From Haliotis rubra (Eukaryota), in contig NW_025766103.1 in the NCBI RefSeq assembly GCF_003918875.1, forward strand, positions 868,001-932,000: 64,000 nt of DNA, read 5' to 3'. Below, piece after piece: positions 1 to 14,056 of the stretch. The notes under the pieces are model-generated. The model ran no database searches and was not told the DNA's origin. It was given only the letters and a program-made list of their open reading frames with translations. The position numbers were made by a program, and so were the translations under genes. The first letter of the stretch is position 1; the number at the start of each line of letters is the position of its first letter.

Positions 1-3000
1 ATATGATGGCTTGTTATATACTGAATAACTCAACATGAAATGGAGTATGTTTAAAGCAAGTGAAGCTATTCCCGACCATTTTGGAGCAGGTAACTTCATG
101 AAGCATTTTGTTTCTATGATAACGATAGTGCATGTTTTAAGATTGTGACAGCAAATGTCGAGGTTTACTGAATATGAGATTCGAAATGGGTTTGTGAGAT
201 TGAATGTGAAGGTTCAAGTATGTATGGGGACTGTGTGAGAACCAGTGTGTAAGAGTTACGTATGAGACAGTCAGTACGTGTGGTAGTCGGGTAACTGTTA
301 GGCACAGTGTTAACAATAATACGTACGTATAACATATAACGTCTAACTGAAATTGTATTTGAGGATCACACATTAGGACAGTAAGCATTTGCCTAGTCTG
401 ATTCCCTACGCATTTATTGTTAGATCTTATCAGGTATATTGAATCCACAATGTTAATTAGATGTAAATGTCAATAGGACGTGAAGTCTGGGATATCATTT
501 GAGAAATTACCTATGCAATTTATCCACTAAAATTGAAATCTGATATCAATAAATAGATACCAGACTGACCAACATACAATTATTAGGGAAATGATATCCT
601 GTTCAGCATGATCAGTTTCATTTAAATGACAGTTAATAGACTGATATGCGACGAGCGGCATAAGTGAAGGTCATTATGTTCTCATATTTGTGGTTGCATT
701 GCTAGATATACACCTGGAAAAGGAATCGTATTATTCTAAAGTGATCTTGTCTGTCTGATGAAAATATGAATCCATGTACAGGTACAGATTACAGGAGGTA
801 TAATATTGGAACGTGTCTCATTTCCTCCTTGATAACAATTCATAGTAATGCTATTAACTTAACACGTGCGAATATAACACGCCGTGATGTTGCTGGAATA
901 TTGCTAAAAGTCTGAGGGTGAGGGTAGGAATCCGGTATTGAAATGAACCACATAAAGAACTGAAGTTTAAGTCTTCAAAACAATGTAAACGGTGTAACGA
1001 CAAATGGAACACATGTAGAATTATGAATGTATATATTCCAATTACCGCATAACTATAAATATATTAGACAGTGTTATAATTCCAACCGTGCATTTACTTG
1101 TGACATGTGCTAGATTAATCCATTAAGAAATCGCCGGTATGGAGTATTGCCTGGAATAGCGAAGTTCAACATATTTGAAACAAACGGATATCTCATCCGA
1201 TTTCTCGAAATGACCTCTCTATTGAACACTTTAAAAGGGATGCAACGGGACAGTTTGGTTTTGAATAGTGTCTATAACCATTGATGTGGACCACATGACC
1301 CATAGGAACTGTGGGACTGAATGGGACAACTTTCTGATTGTTGAACTTTAAGCCGTTAGCGAAACTGATTGGACAGAAACATGATGTTCCACATAGCGTC
1401 TCTACAGCTGAACACAATGCATATGACATTATCCATTGTCCATGATATTACAAACTGATGACAATACATGACCAGAGTAATGAATTTTAAGTCGACATAT
1501 GATACCTTTCCAATTTTGAAAGGACAATATATATAGTTCGCGAGCAACGTTACGACGTAGCTACCATGCTGCGTGCAAGAGCAAAAACAAACCATGCTTT
1601 CATGTCACAGAAACGAACACACGATAAATACCACGGCAAATGACCACATTATCCATAAATGGCAAAGCAGTAGTAGGTTATCCTGGGATTCAACGTGACA
1701 GATACAGTAGATCAGGATCGAAGTTACTATCTCGACCCCAAGGCCCTCAGTGGCACACTGATTGGGAACACTCGATCGGCCGCTGGTGCTTATGTCCTCA
1801 GTATACTGGTTGCTTCCTTGTAACTATGCAACCGTCCCCTATAATCGTCCAGAGCAGACTGGACAGAGCATAAATGATAACTGACCTTGAGCCTTCAAGT
1901 TGGGGATGTCTCGTTACTTGACAAGATTGAGATAAATTTTCTAAATGACGTTTTTGCAGGATAAACTAGTGGTCAATAGCATGATCAATAGCCATGGCGC
2001 CGGTTGTCACGACACGTAACAGCTAACCTTTACACTATAACCAGTTGATCAATGCTATAATCGACCTTTGAAGCACCAGTTTTGGGGACTTGTGAGGGAA
2101 TCTTTGGCGCATTACTCCATACCTGAAGTACAACTGCGTCATTGTGACCCTTACAAACACAAGAGTCAAAATGACAAAACATGTGACAATGCAAAATGTT
2201 TTCCGTTTATTTCATTGCCGCCTTGGCATGTTAAAAATAGTAAGTACAAGTTATTATTGATCATGCAACAAGCCCTTTGTTAGGGTTCATACCAAATAGA
2301 TACTTATGGCGTTTGCAAACGTTCTAGGATTTATTAACTCTCATCGCAAGATATTTTCGTTAGGTATGGTTCTGGAACCATCGGAAATTGTTTTTGAGAG
2401 CATTTGAAAAGGGTATACTGATATATGACCTGGCATAAATCGTGATTGACATGACACAGCAGGTGTCCCATCTTACAGCGGCTTTACGTAAAAAACTCAC
2501 TCACTCTTATAGCATCATAGAGCAAGTATGTATCTCTGCAACTACCACAGACAGGATATCGGCTTATAATTGTGTGCCTTCACTTGTACTTTAGCACAAT
2601 GCATAAATCCCATTTCCCACTTACCTGATCACAAACGGTCAGCTATAACTGACATGAGTCGGCTCGCCACCACATTGACCATATTAAGGGGTCGGAGAAC
2701 CAGACAAATGAGAAATAGGCTTCATGTTGTACGCAAATTGGTGTCGGAAGTTGACTGCAGGGAGTCATCTTGCCGAGCACCTTGGCATCCAGAGTCGCGT
2801 AAATAGCAGCTCTGACTGCAGACAAATTAAAAGGTGCAATAATTTGTGATGGTATCTTGAAGTTCGATAACCCTGTGTGATCTTTAACCCTTATTAATGG
2901 GTTCATAGTTCAATGTGTAACAACGAGGTCAATGGTAGAGGCGGTGAAGGGTTTGCCAGTCGGTAGATTTCAGCAATGGTGACTTTAATCGATGTCGATT

Positions 3001-3697
3001 TTTTTATTCATTTAAGACTTGGGCTATATGCCCCTCGTCATCATTTTACATTGTATACATGATAGAGTATGGTTATCCATTGAAATATACATATTTTTAC
3101 ATTTACATTTCGGTACTTACATGCATAACTTTATGTATTTACATACTTTTGCAATACTATCTTTACATGGGTTTCTTAATAATTCCAAAATTTCAACATA
3201 CTTGGTTTCTTCCAAAAATAAGGTTTAATCAGCTGTTTTCGATGTACTGTATGTTTTGGGCAAATTAAAACGAAATGGTATTCATCTTCAATTACATTTA
3301 CATTATTTTCTTTATAGTAGATACAATATCGTTTCTCCCGATCAATATTTTCATAACGCCCAGTTTCAATTGTTAATTTATGACACGAAATTCGTACCTT
3401 AGTTAAATACCTAACAGTGTTTGGATGTAAAGCATCTAAGTATAATTCATATCCAAATTCACTTTTGATATTGCTGTATAGCCATAATTTACTACTTGAA
3501 GTAATGTCATGATGCCATTTTTGAATAAAACAATCAATTAAGCATTGCTTAAAATAACAACAAAACGTACTAGCGTCAACACATCCTGGGTCACACCAAA
3601 CATATCAAAAACCATATATAAATAAAACATTTTTAACATGGAACACCCAGTTTTTGACGCCATTATTACACTGTGACAACAGCTATTCATAGATTAC

Positions 3698-4968
3698 TTA
3701 AAGGAGACAATTTGATGTACATTGCAGTTTGAACCAGTATTTTACAACCCTTAAATATCTATAAATATACAAAGGTCTACGGCCTAGTTCACCATATACA
3801 GCCATATTAGTAACATTGTGATGAACTTTAAGGATATTCTTACACAATTTTAAATGTACACGTTCAATTTCAATTGCGATTTGCAAACCCCAGACTTCAC
3901 AACCATAGTGCATAGTAAATGTAACAAAAGAATCAAACAGACCACAACCTGTTTTAGCAGAAAGGTGACCATTTCTAATGTTATGGAACAGAACATTCAT
4001 AGCTTTTGAACCTTTACCAGCTAACAATTTTTGAGTAAATCTGAAATTACCTGTGCATGTAAGTAGTTAAATTCATCTACAATCTCAAGCGGCATAGCAT
4101 TAAAATACCAATGCTCATCCTGGTTAAATTTTCGTCTTTTGCGGAAAACCATCACTTTAGTCTTCATAATGCCCCAGTCACTACAGAATTCATGCAAACT
4201 ATCCAGAGAATGTTGAAGTCCACTCGGCGATTCAGCAAGCAAGATCATGTCGTCAGCAAACAATATAAGGAACAGATTGACATATTCAATCCAAAGACCA
4301 CTATCGACGTTTTCTCGGAGCTTCAAGAACAAGAAAAATAACATGGGAGACATGACCTCGCCCTGTTTCATACCAACAGTAACATGGAAGTAGTCAGAGA
4401 TATTACCTTTATATCTAACGCAAGCTTTAACGTCGGCATACATAGCCTTTATAATAGTCCACATTTTACCACATATTCCCAAGTTATGTAATTTTAACAA
4501 CAGGCCATCTCTGTGGACAGTATCAAACGCCTTTGAAATGTCAACAAAACAACAATAAAGGCGCGAATTATCTTGAAGATAGCTTCTGACAAGTCCTTGG
4601 AGTACAAATAATGCATCTACGGTAGAATAACCATTTTTGAATCCAAACTGGACATCTGAAATGACGTTATATTTATCCACCCATACCATAAGTCTGTTAT
4701 TCAATACAGATGAAAACACATTTGCAAAGCCACTATTAATTGTGAAGCCGCGATAGTTCGATGTTAAATGAGCGTCTCCGTTTTTATGTAGAGGAATGAT
4801 AACTCCATCGGTCCAGGTGTTTGGATATATACCAGATGAGTAGATTACACTAAACAGTTTAGTAATGTCATTAATCATCAGTTCACGTGTACATTTGAAA
4901 TATTCATTCATAACTTGGTCTAGTCCAGACGATTTGTTATTTTTAAGATTTCTAATTGCTTGACGCAC
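3698..4968 (-). pseudogene. Reverse transcriptase (LINE ORF2) pseudogene, frameshifted
   Basis: ORFs 4021-4968 (KSSGLD, NYRGFT, QFGFK, FVDISKAFDTV, GMKQGEVMSP, LFADD) and 3698-4027. Confidence 0.95.
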
Positions 4969-4981
4969 TTCTTTAATGGTG

Positions 4982-5246
4982 GGTCCATGCAGGAGTATGG
5001 TGATCTACCTTCAGTTGTTGGCAATCTATAGCCGGTTTTTATATTGTATTGTCATTTAAAAGTAACATATTTTAGATTTAATTACTAGTCTTAAATTTAT
5101 CACTGTGATAATCTAGTTGTTTTACTGTCCTTCGTCGACAGGTGTTTTATAATGTAATTGTGTTTATTGTTTATTTATAACTTTTTAAGTCAAAAATGGT
5201 TGAAATATTACCGATGTGACTATAAATTTTAACTCACTCACTCACT
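4982..5246 (+). mobile_element. 3' UTR fragment of the I-group LINE, nested in the RTE-X-like element
   Basis: gtatggtgatctaccttcagttgttggc matches revcomp of ~58067-58094; ends in (TCAC)n; near-TSD TTTAATGGTG/TTTAGTGGTG interrupts the host RT reading frame. Confidence 0.85.
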
Positions 5247-7802
5247 CTTTAGTGGTGATGTCAAATTGCAGTTCATCATACAGAGCCTCATTATCATTGG
5301 TCATACTTGAGTTCACCGCGTTATCAGCATCGTCACGTGATGGGGTGCTAAAAGAACCAGCAATATTTTAAAAATAATTCATGAAGTCATTACAAGAACT
5401 GTCCATTTCACTCATACTTCTATGTGATTTAAAGTATTTCCTCTAATCGCTTACAGTTGTTCCTTGTCACTGTCGCCTTTTTCGTCGCCTTTTTAATCTT
5501 ACATTCATGTTTCATATATTTCAGGAAGTGTTGTGATAGAGTGATCAAGTATTAATGATGTCTGCAATATCCCATGGAAAAGGTCGAACAATCTCAGGCT
5601 TAAGCAACGGACCCTTTCAAGTAACGTAGGCTAGATTTGATGAATGAATTTATTGAATATCAGTGTCTTTGATGCATGATGTGTGAGGCATCACACATGT
5701 TGAGATACATACACTGTCTCTGCTATGACATCTTTGTCATGTTCTCTCAATGATGATTTCAAAGATCGTCATAGCAGTATTTCACAAACACTGTTACATC
5801 AGAGCTACAACACTCGATGTATATCTGCATAATTATGCAAAATGTCAATTATGGACATCAGGGTGATAGTCCAAATCTATAACATGAGTAACAAGAATGA
5901 TAGTCGATTCCTAATGTTGTTGTGTTTCTGTTGCTTCATATGAACACTTGACTTGCCTTTTCATGTGTTTGTGACGGTTGCCTGATGACAATGCTCTCGA
6001 TATAGAATACAGTACCTTCTCGTCAGCATTAACTTCTAGGGTGAGGCGTCTTCTGTCTTATTGGCGGGCTTTTTGAACGAAGAATCGTTCGTTGGAAGAA
6101 TTTTCGCTGGAAGTAACACACATTCACTTGATAGCTGAAAAGGTGAAACGTGTCCTGTTTGAAGATATTCTTAGTGAAATGACAATGTTCAAGGTCACGC
6201 GATCATAATATTTTGTACTTGTCTACCACTAACGTTAACACTAACAGACACGTGTTGCCCATGGATGGTCTATAGTATGGATTACACATTGGGGAATATC
6301 AGCATTCAATGTGATCCTCTGTTTTCAACTCTCATAACTGGAACAGCAATGTGAGGTGTTGACAATCTTGTGTAAACATGTCCATTGCAATTTTGGGGAT
6401 ATTGTTGATACTTCTGATCAGCAATCTTTGATTGTCTGAAGAAAGTTCAAAACCCTTACGGGCCAAAGTTCTGAAAAGTTTGAAGTACTTGGTATCATCA
6501 GTGTCAGGTAAGGAACTTAACATTGGTTGGAAACCCTTATGTTGGTTATTGTTTCTACACCATGTATGCAAAGGAATCCCAACACCAGATGATTAATTTC
6601 GTGAAATTCCAATTAAGATGGACATAATTTGGCAAATAGTTACAGTGTGTCCCTTAGAATGCATTTAACTATTTAACACTTGAAATTAAAGATCATCTCA
6701 AATATAATATTGTATTTTTTTCAACCCATGAAAGTCATAGTCAGAAATGAAGATGTTAAACCTGCATGGTTGTCCTTTATAAACGGACTATACTGCACGT
6801 ATCTTTGTGCTTTTTTGTATGTTGATTTTGTGAATAAAGTCAAATGTAAAAAAAAATACAAACACATCCCAAACAAAAACAACCGTATAAGATAAGAAAA
6901 AGGGTTGATATTAACGTGAAATAGTCCGTTTGACATTACTGGTGCATTCCTGCCTTGATGCATGTGAAATATTAGTTCAAACGGACGAAAGTTTCATTGA
7001 CACACCCGCATCCATAACTATATCAAACCACACATTCAATGTAATGGTTACAAGAATAGCTACCTTTCTATAATAACTGCTGATTATGTGTCTCATTCAC
7101 TGTCATAAGCTGTCTCCGTGTTTTGATTTGATATAATCAACCGGAATTCTTCATCGATATTCTTTAATTCTGAACAAATGAAAAACAGACAATGCTGTAA
7201 AATACATATACATTTCGATTCATATCAGTCCAATGAATATCAGTTAAAGCCCTGCATCTAGATTCAAATAACAGGGGATTGTTCTCAAGAGAGAAACTGT
7301 CAGTTGCACATTCTGCCATTCCGCACCTCCATATCTTCATCCTCCACTGAGTTATCTCACAAGTGAACCACTCCATCTCTTTCCTCATCTTAGTCAAGCC
7401 TGCGTGGACTCATCCGTCAGAGGCTAGACAGCCACTATCTTCCCCTGCCGCTGACGACCCAAACCCAAGGACTCAGCACTGCCAAGATGTCCTCAAGGAA
7501 CTGTATTTACAAGGTGATTGCCTTTCTGTGCGGAAGGATTAAGCGACGATCACTGTCGGGCCTAATGAGGCGCCCAAGTCTACGCGCTGTTCGCGTTGTT
7601 CGCTTTGATCCAGCATCCGTAACCGATCATCTTCATCAGTGTGCTCTGTATACGGCATGATATGTTACTAATACGTGGTTTCTGCACTATACTTGAAAGG
7701 ATTCAGTACAAAGCAATTGTGTTCCTGAAAAACACTTGCAAATTGGATACATAAATATGTGCGTGTGCTTATGTGTGTCTGTGTATGTGAGTGATTGAAA
7801 GC

Positions 7803-7894
7803 GTAAGTGTTTCATTTATGTACATCACAGAGCCATAATTTATATAAGTGTAAGTGCTTCATTTATGTACATCACAGAGCCATAATTTATATAA
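7803..7894. repeat. 47-bp tandem duplication
   Basis: gtaagtgYttcatttatgtacatcacagagccataatttatataa occurs at 7803 and 7850. Confidence 0.95.
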
Positions 7895-9711
7895 TGTATA
7901 TAATTTATATATATGGTCTATTCAGAAGCAGCTTAATGGCAAGGGGAATCTGATGCTTAAGATCATATAAGGATATCTACAGACATTGTGCTTGGTTATA
8001 TGTGGCAAAGTAAGATAAATACATTGCTTGATAGTTTGTCCTTTGAGACAGCACCTACACGTCCTCATTCCTGCCATTCCCAGCATAAGATGATGTGCAT
8101 TGCGTCGTTGCGTTCTTAGGGGTCGTCATTTCCATTTCCATTGGTTCAATATTAGTAATAAACATATTCCGACGACACTCACTGTCAACTTATAGTGTTG
8201 ATCGTGAGTTTAAAGACATGTAAGCATGATAAACAGCGCAACCAAATTTCTGTTGTTTAATTATAATGTACTGGAATACTTCCACAACTCCCTTGTGCAT
8301 TTAAACACAGGGTTACAGTTATAGTAAGCGGGCACGTCTGACTAACGGTACTTTGGGGTAATAAAAAAAGGCTGCTGTTCAAGGGCCATTCCTAGGGAAC
8401 AATAATTGAAGTTCACTGAATGAGCGGATGGTTGAATGAAGTAGGTTTTGCAAATCTTCACAACGAATTGCATCTTCTGTGATGATAATGCCTATAAATA
8501 AAATAGTATGTTTATTGTTTTGATCATATCAACAAAAGGGGAGTTGTTCGTAGAGAGGAAATGTTTTATTCACTTGCTCCGATGTATCTTATACAGCAGG
8601 ACATTGCGATGTATACATTCGACTTGGAACGTACACATGTACATGGTATAGTTGATTTACTTCCTGTAACAGCCAACCAACTTGAACACCACCACGGAAT
8701 GTTCATAGGTGACGATGGATTTATGGTGTGTTACCCGTTGGGAGGCGACAGTCTTCAGATGGATTGGTTTTAATATCCTGACGACGACCTAAAGCAATGG
8801 AAATGATGAGGACGGTAAATCGTCGTTGCTACAGGCGTAACAGATCTATGCACGAACTGATCACCAGGAGTAAACGACTACTTCTGCTCACCTATTCCGT
8901 TAGTATGCCTTTTTCAAATGTCCTTCAACTTCCCAGACACCATACATCCGGAGTGAAAGCATAGCTTCCATATTAAACATATAGCTTTTTACAACATACA
9001 AAAGGGTTATTAAATTCAATATCTGGTGAATCCAGGCTCAGCATCTTGCCTTTGCAACAAAATTCAGGTTAAAACAGGTGAAAAGAATCTTGCTAAGAAG
9101 ATCGTCTTTTTTGCTTTGTTATCAAATATAGATCCATGATATGAACATCGTCTTTATGGACATTCTGAGTTAACATGTAGCTGCGTGATAGGAACACCAC
9201 AGTCCCCGGTTATGTGTTGTACATTACATAGAGCGTCTGGTTTTTAATTGCAACTCGTAACTGTCACTGGTAAAGGAACACTTTCACCATAGTTATTGCA
9301 AGGTGATACGGGACTTCATGATAGCAACGCAACCGTCACACTGCATTCCAGTTAATATCGGTTAGTACGTTAGAATGACCGTCGTCATTGTTATTCCAGG
9401 TAATATTTGGCGATATGAAAGTAATAACGGACTGGTTCAATTTGACAGACGTTTTAAATATTAGGGACCTACCTCTCACCCCATTCTGGAAGTTATACAA
9501 GCGAATTTAATGTCTATTTCGCAACCTAAATATGATCTGTCATCATCATGTTGTTGCTGGCGTGGTAGTCAACTGATTCGACCTGCACAACTCAGGGGTT
9601 TTTCGGCTACAATGAGCTCACACACCACTGTATCCATGTACTAAGGCGTACATGTACGCTATCACCTACACTACATATTCTCGTTATTCCTCAACATTAC
9701 TAGCGTATACA

Positions 9712-9905
9712 TCATACCAAAAGACGTTAAAATATGGTACTTGTTGGTCCCTGCATGGCGCTCGGCATTAATGGGTACAAGGACTGGTCGGCTCGGAGTC
9801 AGTATAATGTGTCTGAGTGGAGTATCCATGCTTAACCGCGTCATGATATCTCAGAGGGCTAGCACTATAAAACCAGCTTCAGTCTGGGCTAGTACAAGAA
9901 GCCAC
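9712..9905 (+). mobile_element. V-domain-like SINE fragment
   Basis: cataccaaaagacgttaaaatatggtacttgttggtccctgcatggcgctcggcattaatggg resembles the V-SINE domain; a degenerate relative lies at ~41145-41240. Confidence 0.55.
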
Positions 9906-10008
9906 ACATTACACACGTCGTCATATGAGCGAAATATTTTTAAGTACCTCACCTACTTGCGTATGCAATCAGTTTACATTTCCTTGGTAGGCATGTGACA
10001 CATCAACT

Positions 10009-10400
10009 ATGTCAGTGACAATTTACGTTTCAATATATTATTCAACACCATTACTCACGCTACTGAAAACTCGTCACATTCTGCAAAGTTTCAAACTTAT
10101 CCCCTCCACGTTAAATACGTATGTAATCAGTTTCCGGTGACACTTCATATAAAACGTGAAGCATGTCAATGACAATTTAAGTATTAATATATTGTCCCAC
10201 ACCATCAATCACTCCACTGAAAACTCGTCACATTCTTCAAATTCCAATACCCTCAGTATCCCTTTACGTTGAATTCTGTTACTGTCACCAGGACATTTGA
10301 AGTCGGTTTCAGGTGTCATTTGGTTGACTTTGATTTTGAGCATGTAAAACATGAGTATAAAATAGTACGTGAAGGACAATTTAACTTTCCGAATATCCAA
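10009..10400. repeat. Diverged ~155-200 bp tandem repeat (2-3 units)
   Basis: atgtcaRtgacaattta...actgaaaactcgtcacattct starts at 10009 and 10163, with a partial third unit at ~10368; counterpart in C at 50950-51400. Confidence 0.8.
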
Positions 10401-11805
10401 ATGGCTGATTGGCGTACGATACAAGTATCTCTGTTTTCAAACGTAGTGGCAATGACGCTCAGTCAGACATGATTACAAAATGAATCATGGAATGTATTGA
10501 AACTCGAGACTTTGTCAAGTGTTTCGATTTTGTTTTAAAGTTTTCCGCCTCTAGACAGAGGCATATAATACCAAATGAGATTCCAGGAAAATTTAAAACT
10601 TTGGTAGCAGACAAAGAAGTGTTGAAATAGTACTGAAAAAGGCGTCAATTCCCACAAGGCATTATCCACGATGATAGGTAGACATGACAATCTCTACTTT
10701 CACCTTTAATATTTTCAAATATACCTCAAGCTGATCTCATTTGTAACTCTGTCCCCACACTATGGGGCAACTGAGATAAAAACAGACAGTGAAGCATTAT
10801 AGAAGCCACGCTAAACACAGAAAAAAACATACTATGCAGTTCTTACACAAGACCTTTTCCAGTAATTTTGTTCCTTTTCATATTGCATTCATTTTGAAAA
10901 TGAAGAAAATACTTTGATATAATTTATTTTATAACATCATTAAAGTGTGAATATTTCCAATTCATGTTTGTACATTAACATAAAGAAATACATGTGATGT
11001 TATATGACACTGTTTACCCGCATGTTTCAGACGACTTATCTGTAATTGAAAAGTTTAGGTATCCTTTCTTGGAAGAAAATGACATTCCATTTGCATCACC
11101 TGTTTTCTTGGCAGGTTTTCGAAACTGTACAAATACAATTTCAGAAGCCCTGAAGCCCGGATATGTCTTCAGCAGAAGCAGGATATCCTTTAACAACAGC
11201 GGCCGCAGGTATTACATGAGGTTGTTTTTCAATCCGATTTCTTCCTCCTTATAGATCGAAAGAAATTGGAATCTAAATTTATTTTGAATTGTTCCCATGC
11301 CCATTTATATTCACGATACCATGCTGCACTAAAATATATGCTGGGGAAGATTAAAATATAAGCCAGTATTCATTCAGATACTGTCATGTCGTTTGACTTC
11401 GTCAGTTCAATGTTGAGGGATAACGTTGTGCATGTTTCCAGCCACTGGTTTGCACAACCAAGTTTGCAGTAATATTAGGTGTATTGTATGTGTAGTAGGT
11501 AGGAAAACGTTGCCGCATTCAGCAAATACCGCAGCATTTACAACGTTAGCCTGTAAAAGAACACAGTCTTGACCAACCGTTAACTGCACTCCTTTCCATG
11601 TATATGGGCATGGGCATAAAATATGAACAGCTACTTTTCTCCTGTTTAATTTTAGGACAACTGTTAGTCACTTTGGACCAAGTCTTGTCTGGAATTTTGA
11701 TATATCAATACCTTGTTGGGAAAACACATGGACAGGCACCTAATCGCCAGCTTCCACAAAATGGAAGTCGGACAACTGGTAGTGTAGACTGCGGACTTTG
11801 TGTAT

Positions 11806-11961
11806 TTGGGGTGGCTGAGCGGCCTAGGCGTCTGACTTTGTGTGCTGGCGATTAGGTGCCTGACTCTGAGGGCGTGGGTTCGAATCCCGCATGGGACTCA
11901 ACCCAAAAAGTTCTAGAATCTGTACTTTACTAAGAAAGTGTTATCCCAAATATAACATATG
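11806..11961 (+). mobile_element. tRNA-Leu-like SINE (second family)
   Basis: A box GTGGCTGAGCGG, B box GGTTCGAATCCC, long variable region; tail gtactttactaagaaagtg..cccaaatataacatatg shared with 39090-39207. Confidence 0.75.
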
Positions 11962-13829
11962 CTACAGTTAGAGGCTTGTTGAAACTGAATAATGTCAACC
12001 ATCGCATGATGCTCATGTAGAAATACATGGATGGTGTGGAGTTTGGTGGTTTTCTTGCAGTATGCAGACCAGGAATCAATGCCAAATTCTTGAACCACGA
12101 TCCATGTTGTGCTTAATACAGCGTGAAATGTTGTCAACTGCCTGGTTTTGTTTCATTGTCTGATTGATACGTTGTCTAGACACATTATAGTGGTTCACTT
12201 CATTGACAGCTGGGAATCAGTGGCAGCTTCCAGTGTCATGACATAGACACAGCGTCCTCCACACACCTGCATACTGTGCCCTCATTTCCTGAACGCCACG
12301 ACAGACCTGAAAACAAAGGAAACCTCCATTGACTTCGATTTTTAAGGATTGTCATCTTTGGGGATATAGTCACAGATCTTCAACAGGTTCATATGACCTG
12401 ACTCATGGTGTTACATTCTAAACCAACGGACGTGCTTTATCCTGTGCATACGTGTAGCGATTATTTGACATCAACGGTAGATCCTTAATCAATGAATGAA
12501 TATTTCTCGTCTATCTGGTTGAAGGATTAGTTAACTTTGCTTTACATCTGCAACCAACATTGGTAAAAGTAACACGAAGCTGCTCCACTGCTGTAACTTT
12601 TGTATGTATTGATATATCATATATCGTATATATATCATTGCTGTAACGTGCGATCGTAGTGGATATACTATACATTTCAACTGATGCCAGTTTCATGAAA
12701 ATGAAATCTCTTCCAGAGAAACATACCCCAGACATTACTACGGCAAAGGGAATAAACGTTTCGATTTGTAACAAAGTTCCACTAAAATATTCAACAGCTG
12801 TCACTGCCACACCGTTTATTAGGATGATCCAGCTATAACACCATGTCAGTAATCACTGGTCCCACAGCCAACGAGTCCATGGATTAATGGATTTAAACTG
12901 GATTATTCAGATGAACGACCTGAACAAGTAGCTTGATAAGATTACACAAAAGATCAAAGTTTAAGTAATCACAGGACAACGTCATCACCATCCTCGTTGT
13001 GGATGTGGTGATCGAAGGATTAAAAACTTTCAACTCGGTTCAAGTGCTATTAACATCACTGATTTCAAATAACCTTTCCACCACTTTTCGCCCACTGGAA
13101 TCTGTTCCGTTGGATTATCGAGACTGGCCTTTGTTAACGTTTCATACTTACATCGCATTGACCAGTGCTACATCTGCTTAAGAGACTGCGTGGGTTAAAC
13201 TTGAAGATATAGTGCAGACAAAGTATTTTATTTGAGATGCACCATGGATCTGAACCAAGGACTGTTGTAAACTTCTAAACATTTGTCATATTATAAAATG
13301 TATGTGGAATTCAGGGATTCATATCAAGAAGGCGAATTTGAATAATATGTTATGTGTAGCTTCGTAGAGATTCTAGGGTCATCGGGAATGATCACTGGCG
13401 ATAAAATAAAACAAAACGTGATTACTAATATGTTTTGTGAAATTCAATTCTCCGAGTAAATATACGATATGTGGATGGTGATTTAGTAATGTATACGTTG
13501 TTTCGAGATTTATGATGTATTTAGTTTTCAGTAGTTTCCCCCCAAGTGGATGATGTCAAGGAAGAGGGGGGGGGGGACATTTATGTAGAAAAATGGTGAA
13601 CTTACCGTACCGGCCCATTCAGCAAGAGCTAGATTGATCTTGTGCATTCATACGTTTAGGATTTACTGAAAGAAGATACAGTTGGACAGACTATTAACGT
13701 TGGACGTTATACAATTTGGTTACACTGTGTGCAGAAATAGGCGAGGTATGACACATTTGTCCAATGTATACGATTTTGAAGCTGAGAAGTCATCACGCAG
13801 CACTGAGTGATACACAAACCAAGCTGATG

Positions 13830-13978
13830 AGTGCGTGGGTGAGTGTGCAGTTAGCAATATTCCAGCAATATCACGCCGGCGGACACCAGAAATGGTCTTC
13901 GCACATTGTACCCATGCGGGGAATCGAACCTAGGTCGTGACGAGTGAACGCTTTAACCACTAGGCTACCCCACCGCCT
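13830..13978 (-). mobile_element. tRNA-Asp-derived SINE
   Basis: A and B boxes; 11-bp TSD CCAAGCTGATG (13819-13829/13979-13989); absent at the equivalent site in C (~47295). Confidence 0.9.
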
Positions 13979-14056
13979 CCAAGCTGATGGGGCAACATGA
14001 CGGGTATACTGTAGGCTGCGCATCAAAACTCATGAATCACAAACACCTGTTCTTAC

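Larger units (their letters stand above)
2991..5491 (-). mobile_element. 5'-truncated non-LTR retrotransposon, RTE-X-like, decayed
   Basis: RT ORF pieces, GELGRRPL block, C-terminal ETGRY...IEDEYHF..CP remnant (~3260-3370), AATAAA/A-tract at ~3000. Reading continues at 5250-5480 (LYDELQFDITT). Absent from copy B; possible TTTAATC TSD (2984-2990/5492-5498). The clade call is from motif recall. Confidence 0.85.

Noticed and set aside
8699-8735. FIGDDGFM as viral RdRp motif C
   Set aside because: No motif A or B (SGxxxT) at the expected upstream spacing in any copy, and C does not retain GDD.
10650-10730. PQG...SLLSPLIF as a reverse transcriptase motif
   Set aside because: The motif is not contiguous, PQG is not conserved in B or C, and no YADD-like motif follows.
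11050-11140. YPFLEENDIPFASP..KLYK as a cellular RdRP C-terminal motif
   Set aside because: Only a loose resemblance; no DxDGD or AVDFPKTG nearby.
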